A stretch of 64,000 bases of DNA, from the NCBI GenBank assembly GCA_047495785.1, contig JBLDXI010000019.1:1364001-1428000 (forward strand), written 5' to 3'. The translations under genes and the position numbers were made by a program. Source of the DNA: Lepidodermella squamata (taxonomy: Eukaryota > Animalia > Gastrotricha). Under the pieces are notes generated by a model. That model searched no databases and was not told the origin of the DNA. It saw only the letters and a program-made list of their open reading frames with translations. Positions 37,601 through 49,072 of this stretch are shown in pieces. Numbering within the stretch: the stretch's first letter is position 1; each line of letters starts with the position of its first letter.

Positions 37601-37765
37601 TACCGTAAATTGGGGCGAAATGGCCACGGGAAAAAAGGATCCCCTGTTTTTTTGCATTTTACACATTTCAGAGTAGGGTCCTGATGCGATTCCGATTTTA
37701 TAGGAAGCTCAATTTACCCCAGGTATGGGGCGAATTGGTCAGGTGATTTGGGGTAAATTGGCCAC
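37601..37765 (+). mobile_element. Probable single end of a Tc1/pogo-like non-autonomous element
   Basis: TA|CCGTAAATTGGGGCGAAATGGCCAC terminus with subterminal repeats TGGGGCGAATTGG and TGGGGTAAATTGGCCAC; matching opposite end not found. Confidence 0.35.
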
Positions 37766-37809
37766 ACTTGTCTGAATAATGGGTTTTTCTAAGTTTAGTG
37801 ATTGTGAGG

Positions 37810-38300
37810 GTTGAATGGTCGAGTGGTTGTAATGCGTCATCATGGAACTTGTGTGATCTGATGAGCGACGGTTCGATTCCTCATAAAGTAGCGTTTTTCT
37901 TCGTATTTTATTTTCTTAATTTTTTTGTTAATTTTCCTTTTTCATTATTTGAAACTATCACCACGTATCCCCGGCATTCTTTTGTTCAGGAGACGTAAAG
38001 TTTACTTTATTTTCACAATTTTCAGTAAAAAATGTCGCCGAGTCGAGAATAGAGGTAGTCAATCACGGCGGATCGAATGGCGCCGGCATTTGGACCAATT
38101 TTGCATCGTTATCGCCCATTTGGGACATGCGTTGCAGATAAGACTTTTTCGTGCGTTTTTTGTATTTTGGTTATGGATTTTTGTTAGGCCGCGGTTCGAT
38201 TCCTCATGCACACATGCAAGTTATTTTATTTTTTGAGCGTGAACAATGTTGGTTATTTTTTTCCCTTGGCATCGAAATCGCACTGCTGTGGTTCGATTCC
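37810..38300 (+). repeat. tRNA(Ser/Leu)-like head plus two more B-box copies (SINE-like repeat)
   Basis: A box TGGTCGAGTGG 37816-37826; B box GGTTCGATTCC at 37870, 38193 and 38290, each followed by T-rich sequence. Confidence 0.5.
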
Positions 38301-39001
38301 ACGTGCGTGCATATACTTTTTGGCGATTTTTGCATGACCATTTTTCTCGCGATTAAGTGATTTTTTGCTGGAGATAGGATTATTGATGCAATTTTCTTCA
38401 TCATGCCACGGCACCTTTTATCTGGGCAAAGAATGACCTCAAAGAATGACTTTTGATCCCTGGCGAATTTTTAGGTGCAGTTTTCAGATTATTGACCAGC
38501 AGGAAAAACTGAGCATGAGAAACTGTAAAAATCTCATTTTCGATTTTGGATGGAGATAGGACTATTGGCCGCACGCACGACGAAATATGGCGTGCTTAAT
38601 TTGGAATACTGAAAAGTTTAATTGTAAACAAAGGCTATCGTTGTCACAAAGAAACACACAGTAAAATCGTGTAGGTGTGCCTCCAAACGTTATCGCAAAG
38701 CACCGAAACAAAGAGACCTCTACATCCTCTTGATATTGGCACGCCTTCATCGCATAAATGCTGCTTGTCTTACGCTTTAAACACCGGAAAAGGCTACTCG
38801 AAGGCCTGTCCCATTAAAAATAACCGAAAATGACTCTTTTACTATACAAAGTGCATCGCTTTTATTACATAATAAAGTAGTCACAACAAAATCACTCTTT
38901 AGCAGTGTAGTAAAAATCATCGAAAAAAAACAAAAGTGAGCAGTAAAAATTGGCAAGATCACGTCGATGGTTGAGCAATCAATATACGTAGTATAAAAAA
39001 A

Positions 39002-42000
39002 TTAGTTCATAATACTAGGATTCAGCGCATCCCTGGGCGTTGAGCCGATACTTTTGCTGCCCCGGGAATTATTCCGACTTTTCTGTTGTTTACTCCTCGG
39101 GCTGCGTTTGTTGTAGCTGATGAATGAAGCGGCCGATGGCGCCTTTGACGTCATCATACTCGCAAGTTCGTCAATCGCAACCTGACTGCCGCCATATTCA
39201 GCCATCGACTGCTGACAGTCGGCCATTGATTGCGCGTATTTCCTCGCGTGGTCGAACAGATGCAGGAAAGTACGCGTCAGTCGGACGCAAGCTTGACTAG
39301 CGTGGAAGGCGTGGGCGTTAGCTTTCGTAGCAACCTCGTTGCCTTTAATATTAGGCATGGTCGAGCCGAGACCGTGAAGTTGACCGTAAAATTGGCGAAA
39401 TTCGACCTGGTCCGTGTACAAACGGCTCAGTTTTCCAGCCCATCTCACCGCTAACGATTCCACCTGAAAATAAAAATTGAACAGATTTTAACGCAAGGTT
39501 AGCTTTAAAATCGCTTTGAATCGACTGTTAATTTCTAAGCAGTCATTCGAAAATCAAGGTTCGATACGTACCTGTTTAACATAGTCGCAAGTCCAGCGAC
39601 GATCAGCGGCAGCGCGAGCCACCATTTGCTCGGCTTCGGTCGCAACCGCTTGCATCCGATCATTAGCTTCGATTAGCTCCGTCAAACGCGATTCCAACGT
39701 CGCCAATTCCGCGTTTTTCGACGCCAGTGCCGCAATATTCGCCGAGTGCTGAGCCGCAAACGCGTGCATTTCATCAACCAAACGCTGTAGTTGCCTCGAC
39801 TGGTCGTTAACCGCACCTTGCAGCTGCTTCTCGCGGTCAAGAGCAGATGACAGCTCGGCACAGGCAGTCTCCAGCTCAGCCCTGGGGACACTCAATTCAA
39901 GCTGTTTCCGCATCGTCTCAACATCGGGCTTGTAAATCGCCAATTGCCGCTGGGCATCGGCGAGGTCAGACTGAAGGCGAGTTCGCTGTTGCTGCCACCC
40001 TGCAACAAGTTGATCAGTCAACTTCTGCCAATACGCGCAAATCGAGTCGAAAATCATCTGGAACGAATAGACAGGCAGGTTTTGCTGCGAGAACCCGAAA
40101 TTCTCGCTATTCTGCTGCCGATTCGCCGAACGGTGTTTCGCGAAGGCTTGTCTCAAGCCTCCCGCTAGTAGCTGCAGCAACGAGTCCCGTTTTGACCCAG
40201 CATGGGGCCGGTTAGGCGACGGGCAAAGTTGAGGGTCGAAACACTCGACTGCCGATGTCAAAACGCAGCGTAAGGAAGACCTCAATACTGATTGCAGGCG
40301 ATCATCACCCGGGGACATAGACTCAGGTAGGGCTAGCAACGACCCCAAGGCGAGAAATCTCTTCGAAAAATCCTCGCCTGATAACCAATAGACGAAAGCT
40401 AACGAGTCGCAGGTAGTTGGCTCGTCTTGGATGTTGACCATATCCAACCCTACTGTGCATCCGATTTGACGGCAGGACCCGGCCGGTAGTACGACCAACG
40501 TCCGTCGCTGTTGAATTTCGCTGCGATTCATGAATTTGGACATTCGATTAGCGGCTAAAATTGCTATACCAGCTTTTCTGAACGCGAATATTCCGGTTGG
40601 TTTCGTAGCCGAGAACATGGTCTTCTCCAACGAGAATCCAGTACTTGACGCTAGAGAATTAAGGAGGCTTTGCAGTTGAATGCGAAACACCTCTGACGCA
40701 GCAACCTGGGTCCTCAACACTGAACATCCCATTATTAAGGCGGATAGACGACGTAAGGTATTTGTCAAAGCGGATAACAGCACCCCTCCAGCAGCTGACA
40801 GCAACCGATTTTCATTCCTGACTTGATCTAACGATGACAGCGTCTGCGATAGCCGAGTTTCCATGTCTAGCTTTGACGAGTCGATTCGAATTAGTTGACT
40901 CCGCAATTCATCACGGTCGCGTAATATGTCCGACAATTTTGTTTCGAGGTTGTTCGATTCGTTTCGAACGCGATGTTCAAGAGCTTCGATTTTCGCCGCC
41001 GCATTCGATCGTTCGAGGTCGAGCTGCGTCCTAGTTTCGGACAAACGCGACTCGTAATCTGCGCGCGCCTGTTTCAACTCATTTTCACGCAGTTTCAATT
41101 GATTTTTCGTAGTCGCGACTTCAGTTTCCAACTCGCGGAATTTTTCCAGACAACGATTTGTCCCGGCATGCAGAGCCGCCATTTCTTTCTGGACCAATGG
41201 CACCAATTGAGCCAATTTCATATTAGGCTGTAATTGCTGAGCGGCTGCTTGCCCAGATCGTTGCCCGACCAAACTTAGTAACATCCGGAATAATATTTTC
41301 TGAAATTTCTGCTCGGCGTTATTAACTTCATTTTCCGCAGATTTCAGCAGCTGAATCGTTTTTTCATGGTCGCTTTGTTCCCGATGAAGTTGCTCTGTCA
41401 ATCGAGCCGCTCGCATTGTAGCAGCTTCTTGCTTTCGATCCGCCTCTACAACAGTCCCCCTTAACCGTTCAATTTCTGACATTGCCTGCTCCAAGCTATG
41501 CCGACATTCGTTTATCATCGAATCTTTGTCTTTGCATCCTTTCAGCAGCTCTTTCTTTTGATCGTTTAGGTTTGCAATTTCGGTTTTAGCCAAGCGCACA
41601 TCGTTCAACACTTTTTCGTGCATTTCCAATTTTTCACGAATAAACGGAATAACCATTTTAAGTGAGTTGAAGTCGTTGTTCGAAACCGATGGCAAATGTT
41701 GCTGGCAGAAGGGCAACGCCCTGAATTCGATCAATTGTTTAGCTAGATTTTCGTGCTCAAGAAAAGCCGCTTCCCGTTGCTCCTGCGCTCGTTCCAGGTC
41801 GAATTTCATTGTCCGGCAATACTCGCGTTGAGTTTCAATCTCCCGCGTCAAATCGCGAATTTGCGCGTCTTTTTCACTCAATTGATGCTTGTAATCACGC
41901 AATTTATCCGCACTTTTCGCCGCCTTCAAGGCAGATTCTTCTAAAATTGCCTGCATTTTACCGTTTTCTTCGAGAAGGTGACTAAGGGCTCGGTCCCGCT

Positions 42001-42799
42001 CACCGCTGCACATCGCAACTTCGGCCCCGGCCCGTTTAGCCGCAATCACCGCCTCGTCCAATTCGTTGATAACTTGCTGCCGCCGATCGCACTCCAAACG
42101 GCAGTCCTGGTTATCTTCCTCTAGTTGCCGAATTCTCGCCTCCAGTTGCTGCTCTCGAGTTTGAAATTCTTCGATTTTCTTCTCCAAATCAGCTGCCAAC
42201 TTTTCAGCACGTTCCTTTTCCTTCCGTTCTGCCTCGTATTGCGACTCAATTCGGTTCTTCTCGTCGCGACTAACCTTCAACTGGTCGCTGACATTTGTCA
42301 ACAATTGCTGTTTTTCGTCTAAAGATGACATTAACTTTCGACATTTCTCGCCCAATTCAGCCAGATCTGTCGACGTTGAGTTGCGAACTTCGCTCAACTC
42401 AGTGTCTTTCTTGCGCAATTTCCCGCGAAACTCCTCCAATTCTTTGTGGAAATATTTCTCTCGAGCTGCCGATGTCATTTTGATTGTATCGACTTCAAGT
42501 TTCAGCTCTTCGATTTCATGACTCATCCTAGCTGTTTTCTCGCGTTCCGCCTCCAGGTCGTGTAGGTTCCGTTTCGATTCTTTTGTTACCTCCTGAAGTC
42601 GCTCGCTTGTTTTCGTTAGCTTTTCACTCCATTCTCGCTGACTGTCCAGCAGACGGCGTTCGATTGTCATGATAATATCATGTTCTTGCTTGACCGGCAG
42701 TCCGCTTTGGCCTATTTCCAGAGTTGAATTCGGCATTAAGGCTGCGAAACTGGCTGCCGAAGCCGTGCGGCATTCGGCAGACGAAGCTGGTCGCAGCAT
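39002..42799 (-). CDS. CCDC171: Coiled-coil domain-containing protein 171-like, 2 exons
   Basis: Long coiled coil containing FRKAGIAILAANRM and LSSALDREKQLQGAVNDQSRQL, resembling recalled CCDC171 motifs; intron about 39571-39464. Confidence 0.7.
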
Positions 42800-43045
42800 A
42801 AGCTATCAACTTAAAAGTCTATTTTTAAAAGAATTAATGGAAAAATTGATTTCTTTCATCTTAAGAATCGAAAATACCGGATTGGTAATAAGTAGAATCA
42901 CAACAAAATCGCACGTGAAACTATCATTTTTACGGCTCTAAACAAGGCATGTCTCTTTTTTACAAGGAAAGAGCTATCTTAAAAGCAATGTAATAGTAAT
43001 TGCAGCTTCGATGATTTGTAATCTCGTGGCTTGGCCATATTATTT

Positions 43046-43522
43046 TCAATCCTCCTTCGTAGCATCATCGTCAGACCGGCTCGGTTTACTGTCAATTGTA
43101 AGCCACAGCCCTAAAAGTATAGCCAACGGGACGGCAACTTTATCCGGTTCGCCGATAGCCACATGAGCATGAGCAGCGCCCAACATTATGATCATGAGGA
43201 AATAAGCAGCCCGAGCTCGGCGAGTCACGCCGCCAAAAATGAGCATCAAACCCCAGATGACTTCAATAAACCCAACAGCAGTCATGTAAGCAATGGGGTC
43301 GGGCTGTTTCATGCCAAGATGAACGAGAGGAAATATTTCGGCATATCTTTTAAACTCAGTTTTCTGCGAATGAAAATTCCACCTTAATTTGTTTGCTGAT
43401 AAACAGAATATTTTCTATACCATGTGAGAACTGGCAGGATTATTGTGAGGTAGACATTTAATGCCGCCTGCGATTACAAATAACACAGCTATGCTGATTC
43501 GGCCGACCGTCTTGGCAGTAGA
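43046..43522 (-). CDS. TMEM35/NACHO-like DoxX membrane protein, paralog B (start-codon source unresolved)
   Basis: STAKTVGRISIAVLFVIAGGIK..|KTEFKRYAEIFPLVHLGMKQPDPIAYMTAVGFIEVIWG..IMLGAAHAH..TKED*. Confidence 0.78.
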
Positions 43523-43686
43523 CTGTCACATTGAAAAAAATATTCAGAATTTTCGTAACAAAATAAATCAATTGGATGAAAGCTATCGTTTATTTGTTCA
43601 CGCGGGTGTCATCGTTTCATCATATCAGCGCAAAATAATAATTAAGAGTCTGAGGTTCAACCAGCATAATTAGGAGTCATTCTTTT

Positions 43687-44277
43687 CTAGTCTTCATGGG
43701 TATGCCTAGCCGATGAGGAGAAGAGATCACCCGGGACCGGTTGCAGGGTGACGCACAGCCCGATAAACGCAAGAGCAGGTATGGGCGCCATTTTGTAGTC
43801 ACCCAGCGATACGTAGGTGTAAACCATGCACGCGCAGAGAATCATAAGCAAAATCGCCGCTTTGCGCCGCATAGACCAAGAACCTATCAATTTTTTCAAA
43901 CATGTTTACGAATAAATCTACTGCTAGATAGCGCCTACCGATTAGCAGCAAAACTGACCAGAGAATTTCGACAAATCCGAAAGTTTGCATGTACTGGTCA
44001 GCTTCAGGGGCTTTCACGCCAAAATGAATAAGGGGGAATACGCGAGTGAAGCGTTTGAAATCGTTTCTCTAAAAATGCGGCAATAATCAAAGCTAATCAT
44101 TGCAACAGCACAGAGCCAACGTACAATGCTAGTGGTAACGGGATTTTTGTAAGGTATGACCTTCAGCACCCCAAACGCCAGAAACGTCAGCGCGATAATC
44201 ATCCGCAGAGCACTTCCCGAAAGCTTTCATTCCAATTTTTGATAATTAAAAAATCGTCAAAGTTTAGAACTTACCAT
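43687..44277 (-). CDS. TMEM35/NACHO-like DoxX membrane protein, paralog A, 4 exons (only the ATG of the CDS lies in exon 1)
   Basis: M|LSGSALRMIIALTFLAFGVLKV..|RNDFKRFTRVFPLIHFGVKAPEADQYMQTFGFVEILW..|SWSMRRKAAILLMILCACMVYTY..THED*. Confidence 0.75.
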
Positions 44278-44937
44278 AGCTGGATCTATTTGTTGGTTAA
44301 ATTGTTATTAAACGAAATCTATGAAAATAAAAACATATTGATTGAAAATATTTTTTGATTCCCCACATGCTAGCAAAGAATAAACACCAAACCGCGCTTA
44401 TAGGACGATAAATCTATGCAACACAGGAGTAACATGTCATCGCACCAAATTTATTGTAATATGAAGAAAGAACTTTGGCGAAGAGTGCGACGCCACCAAT
44501 GGAAGCGTCGCGTTTCAGCGAAAGAGGAGCGAACAACAATAGAGAGAGAGCGCACATCATCCTAAAACTGTTTAACCAGCCGCCTTAATTCATCGCAAGG
44601 CGAACAACCGGACAAGTTTAATGAATGGCTTTGAACACTTTATTTGAATAAATCTTCTCGCTCGTGTGTTTGAAATGATAACAGTTTGAACATTATTAGA
44701 TATCTTTATTTATCCATATTATAGGTATAGTAACATCGCGTATATACACATTGCGTTTTTATAAAGAGCGCTCGTCCTTTGTCATTCCGATTTTCAGGCG
44801 CGTGTCGGTCAACTTATTGTCCTCAATTCACCTGCAGCTTCTTCTATGATATATCATTATTGCCAATATTTTTATTACCATTTAACAGCATGTTGTACCC
44901 TCCTACCCACCGGCTCCTCTTTCCAGACGCCATTCAA

Positions 44938-46482
44938 CTAGTACTGCATTTCTTGCGGCTTTATCGCGACGCCTCGCCGGATTTCACCCCATCCAATCAG
45001 ACTGTACACAAGATGCAATATAAGTTAGTCAAGCAATCAAAAACAAAATGCTGCTTTAGCCTTAATTACATCCAAAAATTGAAAAAATATTCAAATGATT
45101 TTCTGTGTCAATGACTTACCGCCAATGCTTTTCAATACGTCGACTGAGGGCGATCTTTTCGCCGACTTCTGTGCAAACTGGAGTGTTTAGCGCGATTTTG
45201 GCCAGGTCGTTTTTGACGGCTATAACACGGCCACCGGAAGATAACGATCCAATGTTGACCATTACAGCCTCGTTTTTCGCCAGCTTCTGCACTTTGGCGC
45301 CCTTTTTGTCACCCTCAGTACGGACACCGAGCAGACGACGCAGCAAATAGCAAGAAATTTCCAACTCGGTGTAAATTTCGGGCAGAGAACCGACTGCGCC
45401 GAGCACGTGACCGACCAACCGATCGGCACGGCATAGGGTCGGGTCGATTTTGGTGCCGACACCGATGAGACCACCGGGTACGGCGAAATTCAAATCGTTT
45501 TGCTCGGCGAAAAGCGAGACGACTGTTGACCGAATGGGTTGGCAAATCAAGCGACCCTCGGCGTCTTTTTTCACGATACCAGGGCGAACTTCAATTTGTT
45601 GACCCACCCTTAGAACGCCTCGCAGAATACTGCCACCGGCAACACCACCCTTCAGATCGTCAACCTCGCAACCAGGCTTGTTGACGTCGAAAGATCGGAT
45701 GACTAAAAATTGAAAATTCTTCCTTAACAACAAATAAAGCGATTATAATTGAACTTACTGATAAGGCGGGGCTCTGACGAGAAATCGCGCAGTGGTACAG
45801 GAATTTTATTGCAGACGTATTCACATACAACATCGATATTGTATTTGAGCTGAGCGGAAATCGGAATAATCGGGGCATTCTCGGCAACCGTGCCTTTTAC
45901 GAAATCAACAATTTGCGAGTACTGTTCCTTCGCCTGAACTTCCTTAATAAGATCGATTTTGTTCTGCAGGATAAGCAAGTGTTTCAATTTCATGATTTCA
46001 ATAGCGGCCAAGTGCTCGCTAGTCTGCGGTTGGGGGCAGCTTTCATTGCCAGCTACTAGCAGGAATGCGGCGTCCATTACAGCAGCACCGTTCAACATGG
46101 TAGCCATGAGAATGTCGTGACCAGGGCAATCGACAAAGGAAACGTGGCGAACAAGCTGGAAATTCCCGGAGCAGTTCGGTCGATCACATGGGAATTCATC
46201 AGGTTTGGAAGAACCGCATGCCCGGTAACAACCAGGACGTGGGCAGTCGGAGCTTGAGCATTTGTAAATTTTGGCATTGGCGTAACCTAGCTTAATTGTA
46301 ATATTTCGCTCAAGTTCGTTCTTGAAACGAACAGTCTGAACGCCGGAAATAGCCTTTACCACAGTCGATTTTCCGTGAGCGACATGACCGATTGTACCAA
46401 TATTAATTGTAGCCTGCTTGCTGATGACCTCTGGCGAGAGAGGCGTCAGCTTAGAAGTGTCCAGAACTTCTGCCATAACCAT
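44938..46482 (-). CDS. EIF2S3: Eukaryotic translation initiation factor 2 subunit gamma, 3 exons
   Basis: [55 protein letters not shown]|LIGWG. Confidence 0.98.
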
Positions 46483-46652
46483 TCAATCTACTTATTATAG
46501 TATTTGCCTAATAAAAATAACAACGTTATTTCTTTATTACAAAAATGTACTGCGATAGATCTCATTAATCGTTTCAAAATTATCATTTCCTGATAATCAT
46601 CAATAATTGCAGAATAAGAAAATTGACTGCCATAAATAAGATGGGATAAAAA

Positions 46653-48098
46653 TCAGTTAAGCGAAGACGGTGAAACAGAGAATTTTGCGCCAGATTGCTG
46701 TTGCGGCGTATTCTCAAGACTTTCCTCGCGGGGTGTAGGCGAAGCCGCACCTGCCGCTGCAACATTGCTAGTGGGTGTAACGTAAGAACTTGAAACAAAA
46801 CTAGTCGCCCATTTTAGGTTCGTCAGCAGCATTTTCAAAGCTCGAGTCCAATGCTGCTCAGAGTTGAGGCGGCTTCTAACTGAGAAATATTGGCCACTAG
46901 CTCGATCTAGCAGACGACCCCGCTCATCGACAGGATAAGGCAATTTTACATTGCCTTCACTTTTAGCATCAACAGCGGCTGCAAGCTGACTTACGCATTC
47001 GGCAAAAGCAGCCATGGCATCATCGTAACGTTCATCCCACATAAAACGAGACATCCCACCTCCCGTTGTATGTAATGGCAAAGTCTGAGCTGGCATTTGA
47101 GAGGAAGACTGCTGATTTTGATCGACATTTTCAACATCCTGATCATTCATCACTTCCATATACGAATGCGAACCGTAAGGGACAGGTCGGAATCGGCGAA
47201 ACTTGATATTTAAACGTTTCGCTAATGCATGGAGAAGCATGGCAGCGCAGCCCCAAGCTGCATTCAACTCAGCGCTGTCAACAGGCGCGGTAGGCAAACG
47301 ACCAAGACGTAAGCCATTAATAGTACCGAAATGGTCGCTGTGCCATATGTGGAAAGCGGCAGACAAACCACTGGTTTGAGTTAATCGAGCCAACTGTCGG
47401 TCGGCCCAAGTGTGAGCCAAACGCACACTATAGTAATCATCTTCCAAGTCGAAAGACCTGCGTTTGACATCAACGTATCTCCTGTAATGCTTCTGCTGCT
47501 CAGTCACGATCCTCTTTTGCTCTTCAAGCTCTTTGGCAATCTCGGCATCGAGATGATTACTTTCTCCTTCCAAACGAGCCATCTCCTCTCGCAATCGAGC
47601 AGCCTCAGATTCTAGAGATGTCAACTCACTGAGTGAAGTTTTGTTGTCACTGCTTAACATTTCTTCGGCAGGCGTGGACTCAAGCTTAGCAAGAGCTGCT
47701 GTGTAGTCCCGGCAAAGCTCTTCTGTCGCCTTGAGTTCGCGGTCTAGTTGATCTAACAAGGAGTCAGCACAGTCTTCGCACAGCGGATGATCGAGCTCCC
47801 CAACTCCAGAAACCAGATCAAAGAGACGAGCTGCAGCAGCTACGTCTCTGGACAGTTCTGACATGGGTGAAACATTGTTACTGGCAGACAGTAGTGAAGT
47901 ACTATCATTCTGCTGTCCAACTATTCCAAGTTCGGCCAAAGTTGTTGATTCCACATCGAGGAATGAGCGGTCAAGGTTTAATGCTTGTCCGCAAGTGTTG
48001 CACATAAACTGGTGAATAGTCCTAGTTGCAGAGCTGTCCTGCAGCTTGGGGGTGTTTTCATCATTTAAATGATCTGCCTGTGAAGCGCCTTTCCTCAT
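46653..48098 (-). CDS. BECN1: Beclin-1/Atg6, intronless CDS
   Basis: FMCNTCGQAL, DHPLCEDCADSL, coiled coil, FGTINGLRLGRLP, NAAWG, WTRALKMLLTNLKW. Confidence 0.93.
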   Translation of the reverse strand: MRKGASQADHLNDENTPKLQDSSATRTIHQFMCNTCGQALNLDRSFLDVESTTLAELGIVGQQNDSTSLLSASNNVSPMSELSRDVAAAARLFDLVSGVGELDHPLCEDCADSLLDQLDRELKATEELCRDYTAALAKLESTPAEEMLSSDNKTSLSELTSLESEAARLREEMARLEGESNHLDAEIAKELEEQKRIVTEQQKHYRRYVDVKRRSFDLEDDYYSVRLAHTWADRQLARLTQTSGLSAAFHIWHSDHFGTINGLRLGRLPTAPVDSAELNAAWGCAAMLLHALAKRLNIKFRRFRPVPYGSHSYMEVMNDQDVENVDQNQQSSSQMPAQTLPLHTTGGGMSRFMWDERYDDAMAAFAECVSQLAAAVDAKSEGNVKLPYPVDERGRLLDRASGQYFSVRSRLNSEQHWTRALKMLLTNLKWATSFVSSSYVTPTSNVAAAGAASPTPREESLENTPQQQSGAKFSVSPSSLN

Positions 48099-48651
48099 AT
48101 CGAGTAGTAACAATCAAATGCCCTGCTATTAAAACAATATCCTAAACACAAAAATAAACTCAAAATGAGCATCGATGTGTAGAACTATCAGCCATCAGCC
48201 ATCGGAAAAGACGGCGATTAGAAATTCGATATTCAAGGGCAGATAATAATATAAGATTAAATTTATGAAGTCTGAAACCAGAAGACAGTCAAAATACAGA
48301 ATCGATTCTAGACTTATGTCCATCGTCCGCGTCAGCTGTTAGAGAGAAACTCAAATCAAGCCCTAGATTCGGATCGGTCGCAGCAACGCCAGCAAGTTAA
48401 CATCTTTAGCGCTTAGTGGTTTTAGCGCACAAGGAGCGCTGATGAGTCAACTCCCAATTCGGACCCGGAACCCGAAGATATCCGAACACCCATGAAACCC
48501 CGATCCGAGGGCGACGGATGCGACGGTCGATCGACCCCGATGGATGCGCGCGGTTTTTGTTTTGAATTAAAATTTACTCAATTTGCTGCATATTTGGATA
48601 AATTTACATATTACATTCCATATTCTGTATTTTGAAATCGTTCAAGATCAA

Positions 48652-48742
48652 CACGTGCATTTTACCGCGAAATTTTCAAAATTGAACATTGGCTTGTCCC
48701 TCAATTCAGGGCACGCGAATCCGCATTATCGAGGCGCACGTG
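48652..48742. promoter_or_regulatory. E-box cluster in the BECN1/CAD divergent promoter
   Basis: CACGTG at 48652 and 48737; CACGCG at 48712. Confidence 0.35.
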
Positions 48743-49072
48743 GCAAAGGGTCGCCGAAAATAACAGTGTCTCAGTTTCTTTAACCCCAAAACACTTTTTA
48801 CTTGCTAATTATCTGGGTATTGGTTTCCCGAAGTCAATAGTCTCTTTAGAGAATTGTCATGACCAATCAGAATTTGAATTGCTAAGCTTTTAGTTTCAAT
48901 AGCTGTTTGCCTACTGTCAAATTAGTAACGCTGAAATCAATGCTATATTTACTCTCATCGTATTTTATCAATGCACTGAGCTTTATCACTTTCCTTACTT
49001 GAATTAAGTACTGAACAAAGTGATTTATTTGTTATTTTCCAGTTAGAGCCATCTGAAGTTAACATTGCCGAT

